From the IMG/VR virus record IMGVR_UViG_3300017971_000076, positions 1 to 51,528 of that record: 51,528 nt of DNA. One strand, 5' to 3'. The position numbers were made by a program, and so were the translations under genes. This document shows positions 1-7,440 of the stretch, in pieces (within the stretch, counting starts at the first letter, position 1; each line of letters begins with the position of its first letter). The notes beneath the pieces were generated by a model. It was given only the letters and a program-made list of their open reading frames with translations. It had not been told where the DNA came from and did no database searches. This DNA comes from a virus. Lineage: Duplodnaviria > Caudoviricetes.

Positions 1-123
1 CTCCAGTATGTCTACTGGTCGGATGATGACGGCGCGCACGTCATGCTGCAGATTCACGGGGGCTGTGACGTGCGCGGGGGCTACACAATGCCGGCCGCGT
101 TCGACGTGACTGACTGCGACGGA
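1..123. repeat. Terminal direct repeat, copy 1 (circular overlap)
   Basis: Bases 1-123 (ctccagtatg...gcgacgga) are identical to 51406-51528. Confidence 0.97.
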
Positions 124-438
124 ACTGCGATCTTCGACAACGCCCGGGCGACCATCTACTGCGATAATTGCGGGAAGTATTGGGACACGGACAACGGGTG
201 TCATTGGCTCCCGGATGGGTGTAGTGGGCAGGGGCACACGGAGTTACAAGACTACCCGGCAACCGACGAAAAGCCAGACTACCCTGCGCCGATTGTGCCC
301 GACCAGCTACGCCCACCCATGGAATTGCCTAAACGGCCGGAGCCTTGCGTGGGGGTTGTGTGGGTCGACGAAGACCGCAACGGCCATTGCCCCTATTGCG
401 GTGGGCTGTTGCACGTCGCCCCTTGGCCAGCAAGTTGA
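43..438 (+). CDS. Hypothetical early protein, Cys-rich/acidic, probably 5'-truncated
   Basis: LQIHGGCDVRGGYT motif, CxxC pairs; frame stays open upstream (LTSQTLQYVYW...) back to a TGA at 51388 with no good start/RBS. Confidence 0.6.
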   Translation: MLQIHGGCDVRGGYTMPAAFDVTDCDGTAIFDNARATIYCDNCGKYWDTDNGCHWLPDGCSGQGHTELQDYPATDEKPDYPAPIVPDQLRPPMELPKRPEPCVGVVWVDEDRNGHCPYCGGLLHVAPWPAS

Positions 439-614
439 ACGGCATGGGGTGAGAGTAACGCACCGACAGACAGAGCGTACCTCAACGAAAAGGGAGGTGG
501 ACACCATGACGCGCGGTTAAACACCGCAAGCCCCGAAACGCGTAACCCGGGGGTCGCAGCCGGGCGGGGCGCTTGTTTCCATGTTTCCGTTTCACACCTT
601 TGGAGAATGCACCG

Positions 615-908
615 ATGGCACATTTCTATGGGTCCTGCGAAGGCAAAGCCAAGACTCAGGCGACCCGGCTAGGGTCGCGCGCTTCCGGCATGGTGACGCA
701 ATGCGCCTCATGGTCGGGCGCGGTTCGATGCACGGCCCACGTCGACGAAAATGACGTGGATTGCGTTACGGTTGAGCTAATTCCGTGGCATGGCAATGGG
801 GTCGCGCGGCTTCTCTACTACGGCCCAATGAGTGGAGCGCAGCCGGTCACGGAAGACGAATTGCCAACCGATCCGATCAGCAGAGCGAAAAGGGAGGTGG
901 CGGCCTAG
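615..908 (+). CDS. Hypothetical early phage protein (MAHFYG...ATRLG type)
   Basis: GGAG RBS then ATG at 615; stop overlaps next start. Confidence 0.75.
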   Translation: MAHFYGSCEGKAKTQATRLGSRASGMVTQCASWSGAVRCTAHVDENDVDCVTVELIPWHGNGVARLLYYGPMSGAQPVTEDELPTDPISRAKREVAA

Positions 909-1093
909 TGTCGGGAGTTGAACAGCGCAAAGACGGCTGGTGGGTGGTCGGCTTGCAGGGCGTGGAGCCTTGCGGGCCGTACTACACCCGGGCCGAAGCG
1001 GAATTAGACCGGCGCGGAATGGAGCGCACGTTCAAGCACGAGCACCGCGCCGGGTTTATCACCTGCGAATCACTGAGAAAAGGCAAGCTATGA
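908..1093 (+). CDS. Hypothetical early protein
   Basis: Strong GGGAGGT RBS before GTG 908; ATGA overlap with next gene. Confidence 0.65.
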   Translation: MSGVEQRKDGWWVVGLQGVEPCGPYYTRAEAELDRRGMERTFKHEHRAGFITCESLRKGKL

Positions 1094-1509
1094 CTGAGGC
1101 AGAATACAAGGCAATCCGCGCTCGAATCGACCGCCTGTATAAATGGCTGAATTCGATTCAAGACAAGCGTACCGGCTGGGTGAGTTATCGTCCCAGCGAC
1201 AAGCCGGCCAGTGTGCCGGACGTGACGAACGAAGAACAGAGCGCAGTGGAAGTGTACGAGTTCCTGCGCGACAAGCCCGACCGATACTTTCTCTACATCA
1301 ACGAGAAGAAGGCAAAGGCAACCACCTGGAGTGGCGAGAAGCTTGGCAAGGTGGTTTTCGGTCGCGAGTATCGCGATAACTTCGGCGGTGTTCGCGTGCC
1401 GATCGACGTGTACGCAATCAACGGGCTGCGCTATTACGGCACCTATTACAAATCGTCGGGCGACTACGCCAGAATCAAGCGCTGCAAACATCAGCAGGGG
1501 GCCGCATGA
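1090..1509 (+). CDS. Hypothetical early protein
   Basis: ATGA-coupled start at 1090 and stop/start overlap at 1506-1509. Confidence 0.75.
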   Translation: MTEAEYKAIRARIDRLYKWLNSIQDKRTGWVSYRPSDKPASVPDVTNEEQSAVEVYEFLRDKPDRYFLYINEKKAKATTWSGEKLGKVVFGREYRDNFGGVRVPIDVYAINGLRYYGTYYKSSGDYARIKRCKHQQGAA

Positions 1510-1733
1510 AAATCCCAACAAACTCGCTCCCGGACCGCAAGCCGAAGCGACCGCGCGGCAATCCCGCGGCGCAGAGATACAACCGCTACAAAAAGCGGCT
1601 GGAGGCCATCGACTTCACGCCAATGACGGCGCACACCTTAGCCGGAATCCTGCTCTACTTGGCCGACGGAACAGCAGAGCGCAGGGAAATTGTACTGAGA
1701 ACCTTCGGAGAACTGGCTAATGGTGACGCATAA
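1506..1733 (+). CDS. Hypothetical basic protein
   Basis: Translationally coupled within plus-strand operon. Confidence 0.6.
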   Translation: MKIPTNSLPDRKPKRPRGNPAAQRYNRYKKRLEAIDFTPMTAHTLAGILLYLADGTAERREIVLRTFGELANGDA

Positions 1734-2148
1734 AGCCTGCACTCGTTGCGGGCACACTAAGCCACTGGGGGACTTCGCCCTCAAAGGCCCGGCTAGGCCC
1801 GGTGGCGCCCAGAGAGTGGCGGCAGTGTGTAAACGCTGTTTCAATACCCAACAACAGGAGAGGCGGGCCGCGGAACGGCGGGAAAGGCTTCGCAGGCTTT
1901 GTCCAATGTGCGGCAACACTCAATTGCCAACCCATACCCGCGGGCCGCTGCTGTACGAGCTTAGAGCGCAGCGGGAAAGCAAGAGGTTGCTGTCCGTTGC
2001 GATTGAATTACACGATTTGTATCTGCTCGGCGTAATCGACCATCCGCTATTTCGCGACCTAGCGAAGCGGAACAAGCGGAACCTCGTGTCGGTGTGTGGC
2101 CGGCGGTGGATTAACAGACGACGTGACGCATTAGAGAAAGGTAAGTGA
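1720..2148 (+). CDS. Hypothetical zinc-finger protein
   Basis: CTRC, CKRC and CPMC pairs; GGAG RBS. Confidence 0.6.
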   Translation: MVTHKACTRCGHTKPLGDFALKGPARPGGAQRVAAVCKRCFNTQQQERRAAERRERLRRLCPMCGNTQLPTHTRGPLLYELRAQRESKRLLSVAIELHDLYLLGVIDHPLFRDLAKRNKRNLVSVCGRRWINRRRDALEKGK

Positions 2149-2723
2149 TGAACAGAGAGCGATGGCTGACGGAGTGCGTTAGCGCGCTTCGTCCAATGTT
2201 CCGCGAAGCTGGACAGCCGATCCCCAAGAAGATCCGGGTCTCGTGCTCGTGGCCGTCCAGAGGGGCGCGGAAGTTAGACGGAGAGGCGTGGAGTAACGAG
2301 CACAGCCAGGATGGCTGTTTTGAGATTTTCATCTCGCCACTCTTGGACGATCCGATTGAAGTGTCGGCCGTGCTCGTTCACGAGCTAGTACACTGTGCGG
2401 TCGGATTTAAGGAAAAGCACGGCAAGCGCTTCGGCGCCCTGGCGCGGGCCGTTGGGCTTGAGGGAAAGACGGCCACTTCGGTGGCCGGTAGCGAGCTGAA
2501 AGCCGGGCTGAAGGAAATCGCCAAAGGGATCGGCCGGTATCCACACGCCCGGCTTGCGTATGCCGAGGACGATGGAAAGAAGCAATCAACTCGCATGAAG
2601 AAGCTGTCATGCCAGGACTGCGGGTATACAGTGCGCACGACGCAGAAGTGGATTGAAGTCGGGCTCCCGGTGTGCCCGTGTGGCTCCACCTTGTCTCCGG
2701 AGGACTTAGAGGAGGGGGAATAG
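2145..2723 (+). CDS. SprT-like zinc metalloprotease with C-terminal zinc ribbon
   Basis: VLVHELVH (HExxH) followed by HGKRF; C-terminal CQDCGY...CPCG. Confidence 0.85.
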   Translation: MMNRERWLTECVSALRPMFREAGQPIPKKIRVSCSWPSRGARKLDGEAWSNEHSQDGCFEIFISPLLDDPIEVSAVLVHELVHCAVGFKEKHGKRFGALARAVGLEGKTATSVAGSELKAGLKEIAKGIGRYPHARLAYAEDDGKKQSTRMKKLSCQDCGYTVRTTQKWIEVGLPVCPCGSTLSPEDLEEGE

Positions 2724-2785
2724 CTTCCCGCACTTCCCAGCCCAGTCCGCGTTAGGACAAACGTAGAACTGCCCGACGCGGACCA

Positions 2786-3547
2786 TCAGGCAGCCGCATT
2801 CCTTGCACGCCCTAGGGGTCTCTCGATCTCTAGGGCGTGTTCTTTTGCTATCTCGGAACAGTAGGCGCTGCACCTCTCGATCAGGGTGCATGGTCGGCTG
2901 ATTCTTTTGCATACACGTAGAGTAGTTCCGGACCCCGCGAAAGGATCAATAACAGCGTTCTCTCGTAGATCGGCTGTCGAAAAACGGATACACCGCTCGA
3001 CAAGACCCTCGTGTAATTGCGTAGGGCACCAGGAGCGACGTTGCTTTGAGTTTCCAACCACTCTCGGGAAATCAAATACATCCCCCGGAACACGTCCTCT
3101 TGGATCGGCTCGTTTGTCGCCACATTTCTGTCTCCAGGACTGGACTCGGATTTGATCGGGATAGAACTTTGCATGTTCATCGTGCAGCAGAAGCAGTGGC
3201 CGGTAGTTGTTGCCGAGTTGCTTCTGTTGATGCTGGCCAAAGGTGAAGGTCTGCACACACTGCCGGACCCGGAGCCAACGGAAGAGGTCGAGTAGCCGGT
3301 TGACGACCGCGCCAACCTGCGCGAACCATCGTGCATTGTAGCTTACCCACACAATGTCTGCCGAGTGGATGAACCGCCTCAACCAAGACTCGAATAGGTT
3401 AATGTATTCCCAGTCGGGCAGCTTGTCGTTCCCCTCTGTATACTTCAGGCCGATGTTGTCCGGCGGGTCCGCGAACAGGCAGGTGGCGTGCGGGAGGGTC
3501 GGCAGAACCTCCAGGCAGTCGCCGTGAATTAGGCGGTTGTTCGTCAA
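2786..3547 (-). CDS. DNA N6-adenine/N4-cytosine methyltransferase (beta class), orphan
   Basis: IHGDCLEVL start, catalytic motif variant ADPPD, C-terminal SAM-binding DPFAGSGTT. Confidence 0.88.
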   Translation of the reverse strand: MTNNRLIHGDCLEVLPTLPHATCLFADPPDNIGLKYTEGNDKLPDWEYINLFESWLRRFIHSADIVWVSYNARWFAQVGAVVNRLLDLFRWLRVRQCVQTFTFGQHQQKQLGNNYRPLLLLHDEHAKFYPDQIRVQSWRQKCGDKRADPRGRVPGDVFDFPRVVGNSKQRRSWCPTQLHEGLVERCIRFSTADLRENAVIDPFAGSGTTLRVCKRISRPCTLIERCSAYCSEIAKEHALEIERPLGRARNAAA

Positions 3548-3879
3548 CGATCATCTCCGTCGCCATGTAGTACATTACGTTGCTTGCGATCAATGAGCAT
3601 GTTTATGTTACCCACAGCCACGTCTCTCATCTTGAGACCGAGGTCTGAACATAGGGCCGCCACGTACCAAAGCACGTCCCCAAGCTCTTTCTTTATTTGG
3701 GCCCGCCGGTCGTCCGTCACCAGTCCGCCGTCGTCGCGGTAGATTTTCTTTACCTTGTTGGCCACTTCGCCGGCCTCCCCTGCGAGAGCAAGTGCCGAAT
3801 AAATTACAGGCAAGTTGTCCGGGTAATTGGCTACAGTGCGAGCTTCGGTTTGGTAAGTATCAAATGTGCAAAATGTCAT
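3544..3879 (-). CDS. MazG-like nucleotide pyrophosphohydrolase
   Basis: LAGEAGEVANKVKK...ELGDVLWY all-alpha NTP-PPase motif. Confidence 0.92.
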   Translation of the reverse strand: MTFCTFDTYQTEARTVANYPDNLPVIYSALALAGEAGEVANKVKKIYRDDGGLVTDDRRAQIKKELGDVLWYVAALCSDLGLKMRDVAVGNINMLIDRKQRNVLHGDGDDR

Positions 3880-4445
3880 TCTTCCTCCTCTCCATAATTG
3901 ATCCCCGGCTGGTAGCCGGTATGGTTCAAATTAACACATTGTCCCAGGTCGGCTAGCTGTGCCCGGAGCACGCGGACTCCGTACTGGGCAAGTTGAGTTC
4001 CGATCCGGCCTGTCAGCGAGCGGTTGATAGCCGTGCGGTCTTCCATCAGTTCCGCGAAGGTCTTACTGGTCACGAGGGCGCAGAGCACGGCGCACACTTC
4101 ATCGGCCAGCGAATCCTCAACGCTGTCGGTCTCGATCAGGGCCCGGGTGACGGACTCAACGTCTCTCGCGAACTCGTATCGGACCATGCAGCCCGCCACG
4201 ACGGACTTCCCGTCCGCCGTAGTGAGCGTCTTGGTCGGTGGGATTGCGGTCTGCACATTCCCTGGCCGGCTGTAGTAGCTTGTCCAGAACGGCCAGAGGA
4301 CCACTAACCCGGGGCTCCGCACGCGAACCACAGAGCCCCGGGTAATCGTCACGGCAATGTCCGTACACTCCAGGTGCTTTACCTGGGGAATCCATTGCCC
4401 GATCCATTCGGCCAGCCGGCCGATCCAAGCGAAAGCTCCCGTCAT
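3876..4445 (-). CDS. SPFH/Band-7 domain protein
   Basis: PGLxxxWP, TLTTADGKSVV, INxxL...YGVRVLRAQLAD pattern of stomatin/HflKC-like domains. Confidence 0.75.
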   Translation of the reverse strand: MTGAFAWIGRLAEWIGQWIPQVKHLECTDIAVTITRGSVVRVRSPGLVVLWPFWTSYYSRPGNVQTAIPPTKTLTTADGKSVVAGCMVRYEFARDVESVTRALIETDSVEDSLADEVCAVLCALVTSKTFAELMEDRTAINRSLTGRIGTQLAQYGVRVLRAQLADLGQCVNLNHTGYQPGINYGEEEE

Positions 4446-5086
4446 GCTTTCGCCGGTGGCCGGAGTTGAGCGCCGGTACGGTCATGTGCCCTCACAATGC
4501 GCGTTACGTCCGAAAATACCGTACCTAGCGGGTCTCGCCAGAGTTCGTGTCGAGAGTTCCACGGCCTCGGGAAGAGAGAGGCGTAGCCTCCGGCTGTACG
4601 GAAAGCATTCACGTTCTCATCGCTGTCGTCGATTAACAGCGCGACTTCGCTGGCAAGTAGATGCTTCTGAGGTCCGATCAGGAATTGTCGGTGCATCCAT
4701 TTCGGCATGTGCCTGTGAATCCATTCCATTTTGCCAGTCACGCAACCGGGATCGCGCACGGGGCTGGTAAGCAGGCAGATGTTCCGCCTCGCAACCGCCC
4801 GGCAAAATGCCAGAAGCGGCCGGAATTCCGGAGACTCCGGTGCGTCTCGCCATACCTCCGGCCCCGTAAGTTTGTCCCAAAATGCCTCCGCAGACTCGAA
4901 AGCGAGGTCGCTCCCGGTGATTGGGGTGAGGAGTGAATTTGCTGCCTTTACGATATCGAAGCCCCATTTAGGATCGTACTTTTCGAGTTCATTCGGCTCC
5001 ACTTTGCAGCCAACTCGCGACAGCGCGTGCATCGTGAATATGTTGCACACGTCGTCCAGGTCAAGAAAGATGTGAGTAATCAGCAT
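4442..5086 (-). CDS. HAD-family 5'(3')-deoxyribonucleotidase (NT5C-like)
   Basis: IFLDLDDV motif I, LTSP motif II, K..WI, LLIDDS motif IV, PWN; ATG at 5086. Confidence 0.85.
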   Translation of the reverse strand: MLITHIFLDLDDVCNIFTMHALSRVGCKVEPNELEKYDPKWGFDIVKAANSLLTPITGSDLAFESAEAFWDKLTGPEVWRDAPESPEFRPLLAFCRAVARRNICLLTSPVRDPGCVTGKMEWIHRHMPKWMHRQFLIGPQKHLLASEVALLIDDSDENVNAFRTAGGYASLFPRPWNSRHELWRDPLGTVFSDVTRIVRAHDRTGAQLRPPAKA

Positions 5087-5097
5087 AGGGGTCTTTC

Positions 5098-5520
5098 TTA
5101 TGCGGCTTTCTTGGTGCAATTAACGCAATCACAGGTATCAGGTCGTTCAACCGCGGCGTGCGCGGCTTCTGGCGGCCGACCACTAACAAGCAACTCGTGC
5201 AGGTAGCCGAATGCATTGAAGATCAATGCGCAGACAGCCTCTTCCGTGAAAATTTCGTGGCCGTCTTTCCTGTCGTGTACGTTGTATCCACGGTGCGCCA
5301 TCCACCAGTCCATGAAGTGCCGGAAGGCCGATTTGATGTACACATCGAAGCCGATTCCCTTTTGCCAGTTATCGGAGGCCCGCATCTTGCCATCAGCCTG
5401 TTTGCGGTGCTTGTGCAGATACTCGGCATACGCCCCCATGGCCACCGGCGAGAAGAATCCTTCATAGTCCAGCTTGTTCGTGTCGTCGTCACGGGTGGCT
5501 CCGGTGTCGAAAGTTCTCAT
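5098..5520 (-). CDS. dATP/dGTP diphosphohydrolase-like protein (DUF5664-like)
   Basis: FDTGATRD..KLDY, DNWQKG, SAFRH, CALIFN motifs. Confidence 0.75.
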   Translation of the reverse strand: MRTFDTGATRDDDTNKLDYEGFFSPVAMGAYAEYLHKHRKQADGKMRASDNWQKGIGFDVYIKSAFRHFMDWWMAHRGYNVHDRKDGHEIFTEEAVCALIFNAFGYLHELLVSGRPPEAAHAAVERPDTCDCVNCTKKAA

Positions 5521-5708
5521 TGGGTGCCTTTCTCCTCTGGGTGTAAACGGTAAAAGCTATAGTAGTCCGCGTAGTCTCCGCCTTCCTTAATGTGCTTTAG
5601 CCATAGTTCTGGTTCTGCGAAGCTAAAGATAAGTGCATGTCGAAATTCGTTCTCAGTAAGAATCGCCATACGCCTTCTTGTTTTTACGTCGAATCTGTCG
5701 ATCTTCAT
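5517..5708 (-). CDS. Hypothetical protein
   Basis: ATGA-coupled on both sides. Confidence 0.6.
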   Translation of the reverse strand: MKIDRFDVKTRRRMAILTENEFRHALIFSFAEPELWLKHIKEGGDYADYYSFYRLHPEEKGTQ

Positions 5709-6802
5709 GCCGCCTTCCTCCTGTATTTCTTTGCTGCGTAGTTCACGCCTGAACGAGTCACGAAAATCGGAAGGGCAGCCGTCAGTCCATAGCGCCGATC
5801 AATCACGATCCAGGTCTGTGTCGGATGCTGAAAATCGGCCTTAATCTCCACGGAATACTCGCTATACCCCATCAGCGACCCGCATGAAATCCAAGTCGGA
5901 TAGTTCACGAGATGAGTGTGCCAATGGCCGAAGATATCGAAATCGACTTCCCCAGCTTTGTTCCACTGGGCAATCGCTTTATTTACTGGGATCGTAATTC
6001 CGCCTACACCACCTTGGTATCGCAGGCCGTCGCCGTGATGGAATCGCACCTTGCGGCCCATGATGGTCTGGGTGTTGTGATAGCCTTTCCCGACATCGAA
6101 ATGGACGCGGGGATTACTGGCGTAAAACCTAGCCAGTGTCATATAGAGCAGCCACTCAAAGCTGTTTTTGTAGCTGGTCTTGATTCGCTTGCGTGGAGTA
6201 GTGCGCCCGTGGTTGCCCACACACGTCGGAATGAAGATCGGCAACTTAGTTTCGCGCAATAGCAGATCAATTCCGGAGCACAGCATCTCTTGAAGGAACA
6301 CACAAGCCTCGGTAGGGCTCAGCGCATTCGATTCCTCAAGCTCCTCTAAAATGTATCCGGAAAAGAGGTCGCCAAGCAGTGGATGCCAAAGCTCCGTCAC
6401 TGGAGCCAGGGTGTTTTGCCAGTCCAGTAATCGCAGAATCTTGGCATAGAAGCGCTTGATCTTCTCTTCCGCGAGAGTAAGGTTGTGAGCGTTCTTGAAG
6501 TTCACTTGATCCGGTTCGATTCGTTCCTCAACGTGCCAATCCGTGGCCGGCACTACAGCAGCCACGCCGAGCGACTTGCCTTTCTGTTGTTTCTGGCGCT
6601 CAAAATTCTGAACCACTGGTTCTGGTTCGATTGCAAGTAACATCTGAACCTGCGCTTCAAAGTTCCTCGCGGCAGCGAGAGCGTCCGCGTACTTGCGCCG
6701 CCACTTTCGCGCTTCAGCGATGGCATTATTGCGCTTAAGCTCCAGGTCAGACCTTTCAGCTATATCCAGTAGCTTTTCTGCGTCACGCGGTCGTTTCATC
6801 AC
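5705..6802 (-). CDS. Calcineurin-like metallophosphoesterase with N-terminal coiled coil
   Basis: DWH, GD, GNHG, HHGD, GHWH metal-binding motifs in order. Confidence 0.9.
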   Translation of the reverse strand: MMKRPRDAEKLLDIAERSDLELKRNNAIAEARKWRRKYADALAAARNFEAQVQMLLAIEPEPVVQNFERQKQQKGKSLGVAAVVPATDWHVEERIEPDQVNFKNAHNLTLAEEKIKRFYAKILRLLDWQNTLAPVTELWHPLLGDLFSGYILEELEESNALSPTEACVFLQEMLCSGIDLLLRETKLPIFIPTCVGNHGRTTPRKRIKTSYKNSFEWLLYMTLARFYASNPRVHFDVGKGYHNTQTIMGRKVRFHHGDGLRYQGGVGGITIPVNKAIAQWNKAGEVDFDIFGHWHTHLVNYPTWISCGSLMGYSEYSVEIKADFQHPTQTWIVIDRRYGLTAALPIFVTRSGVNYAAKKYRRKAA

Positions 6803-7043
6803 TAATTAGCTCCTTAAGTTTTTCAATTACCGTCTTCACGCCACGATCAATCTGAAGGTCATAGATTAACTGCTTTGCAATCGGCTGCAACGCAACCCCG
6901 GGGTGACGGATAATCGCTTGTACAACCTCTCGGACGTACTGCCGATCCTCTTCCGGGAGGTTGTCGTACCACGATACTTTCGATGATTTGGAATGAATGC
7001 TAGCCACAAGTTCTGAAGCCGGCTTCCGTCTTTGTTTCGCCAT
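6783..7043 (-). CDS. Hypothetical protein
   Basis: GGGA RBS, operon position. Confidence 0.65.
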   Translation of the reverse strand: MAKQRRKPASELVASIHSKSSKVSWYDNLPEEDRQYVREVVQAIIRHPGVALQPIAKQLIYDLQIDRGVKTVIEKLKELISDETTA

Positions 7044-7059
7044 ATTGTCCCTTTGTCCT

Positions 7060-7440
7060 TTACTGAAGTCTCGTTACGAGTAACTCCACCCTAGGGTGGT
7101 CACGGTCGATCTCGAATACAGGCCGCTCGCGCTGCATGTGTTCGTAGTCGTCGTCGGGCAGCAGTCCAGCGTCCACGAGCCCGTCATAGGCCGCCTTCAG
7201 GCTCGCGATGGCGTTGTCAGTGTCTCGTCGCCTCTGATTCGGCCAGTAGAAGGTTGCGGCTACAGAGGCTCGTTCCCAGCCGACCAGGCATTCATCCTGG
7301 ACGGCTTCGCGTGCTATCCGTCGGTAGCGCTTCGTTGCCGCGGCCTTCGCGAATCGCCCGCCAGGCGTAGCAACCGCGCAATTCGGGCTGAGTACCCGCG
7401 CAGGGAGCGGTAGTACGATCGTTACGGTTTCTGTATCCAT
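7060..7440 (-). CDS. rusA: RusA-like Holliday junction resolvase
   Basis: LPLP..LSPN, RRRDTDN..K...DGLVDAGLLPDD, PRVEL motifs. Confidence 0.85.
   Translation of the reverse strand: MDTETVTIVLPLPARVLSPNCAVATPGGRFAKAAATKRYRRIAREAVQDECLVGWERASVAATFYWPNQRRRDTDNAIASLKAAYDGLVDAGLLPDDDYEHMQRERPVFEIDRDHPRVELLVTRLQ

Noticed and set aside
1-123. 123-bp repeat as a biological terminal repeat
   Set aside because: It falls inside coding sequence with no terminus features; more likely the assembler's circular overlap.
521-576. c-di-GMP riboswitch or hammerhead ribozyme
   Set aside because: Has GAAA and stems but lacks the conserved cores I would expect; kept only as an unassigned structure.
5098-5520. 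Z-base (2-aminoadenine) or 7-deazaguanine DNA modification
   Set aside because: No PurZ, DNA polymerase A, Que/FolE or DpdA-like gene recognised in the genome.
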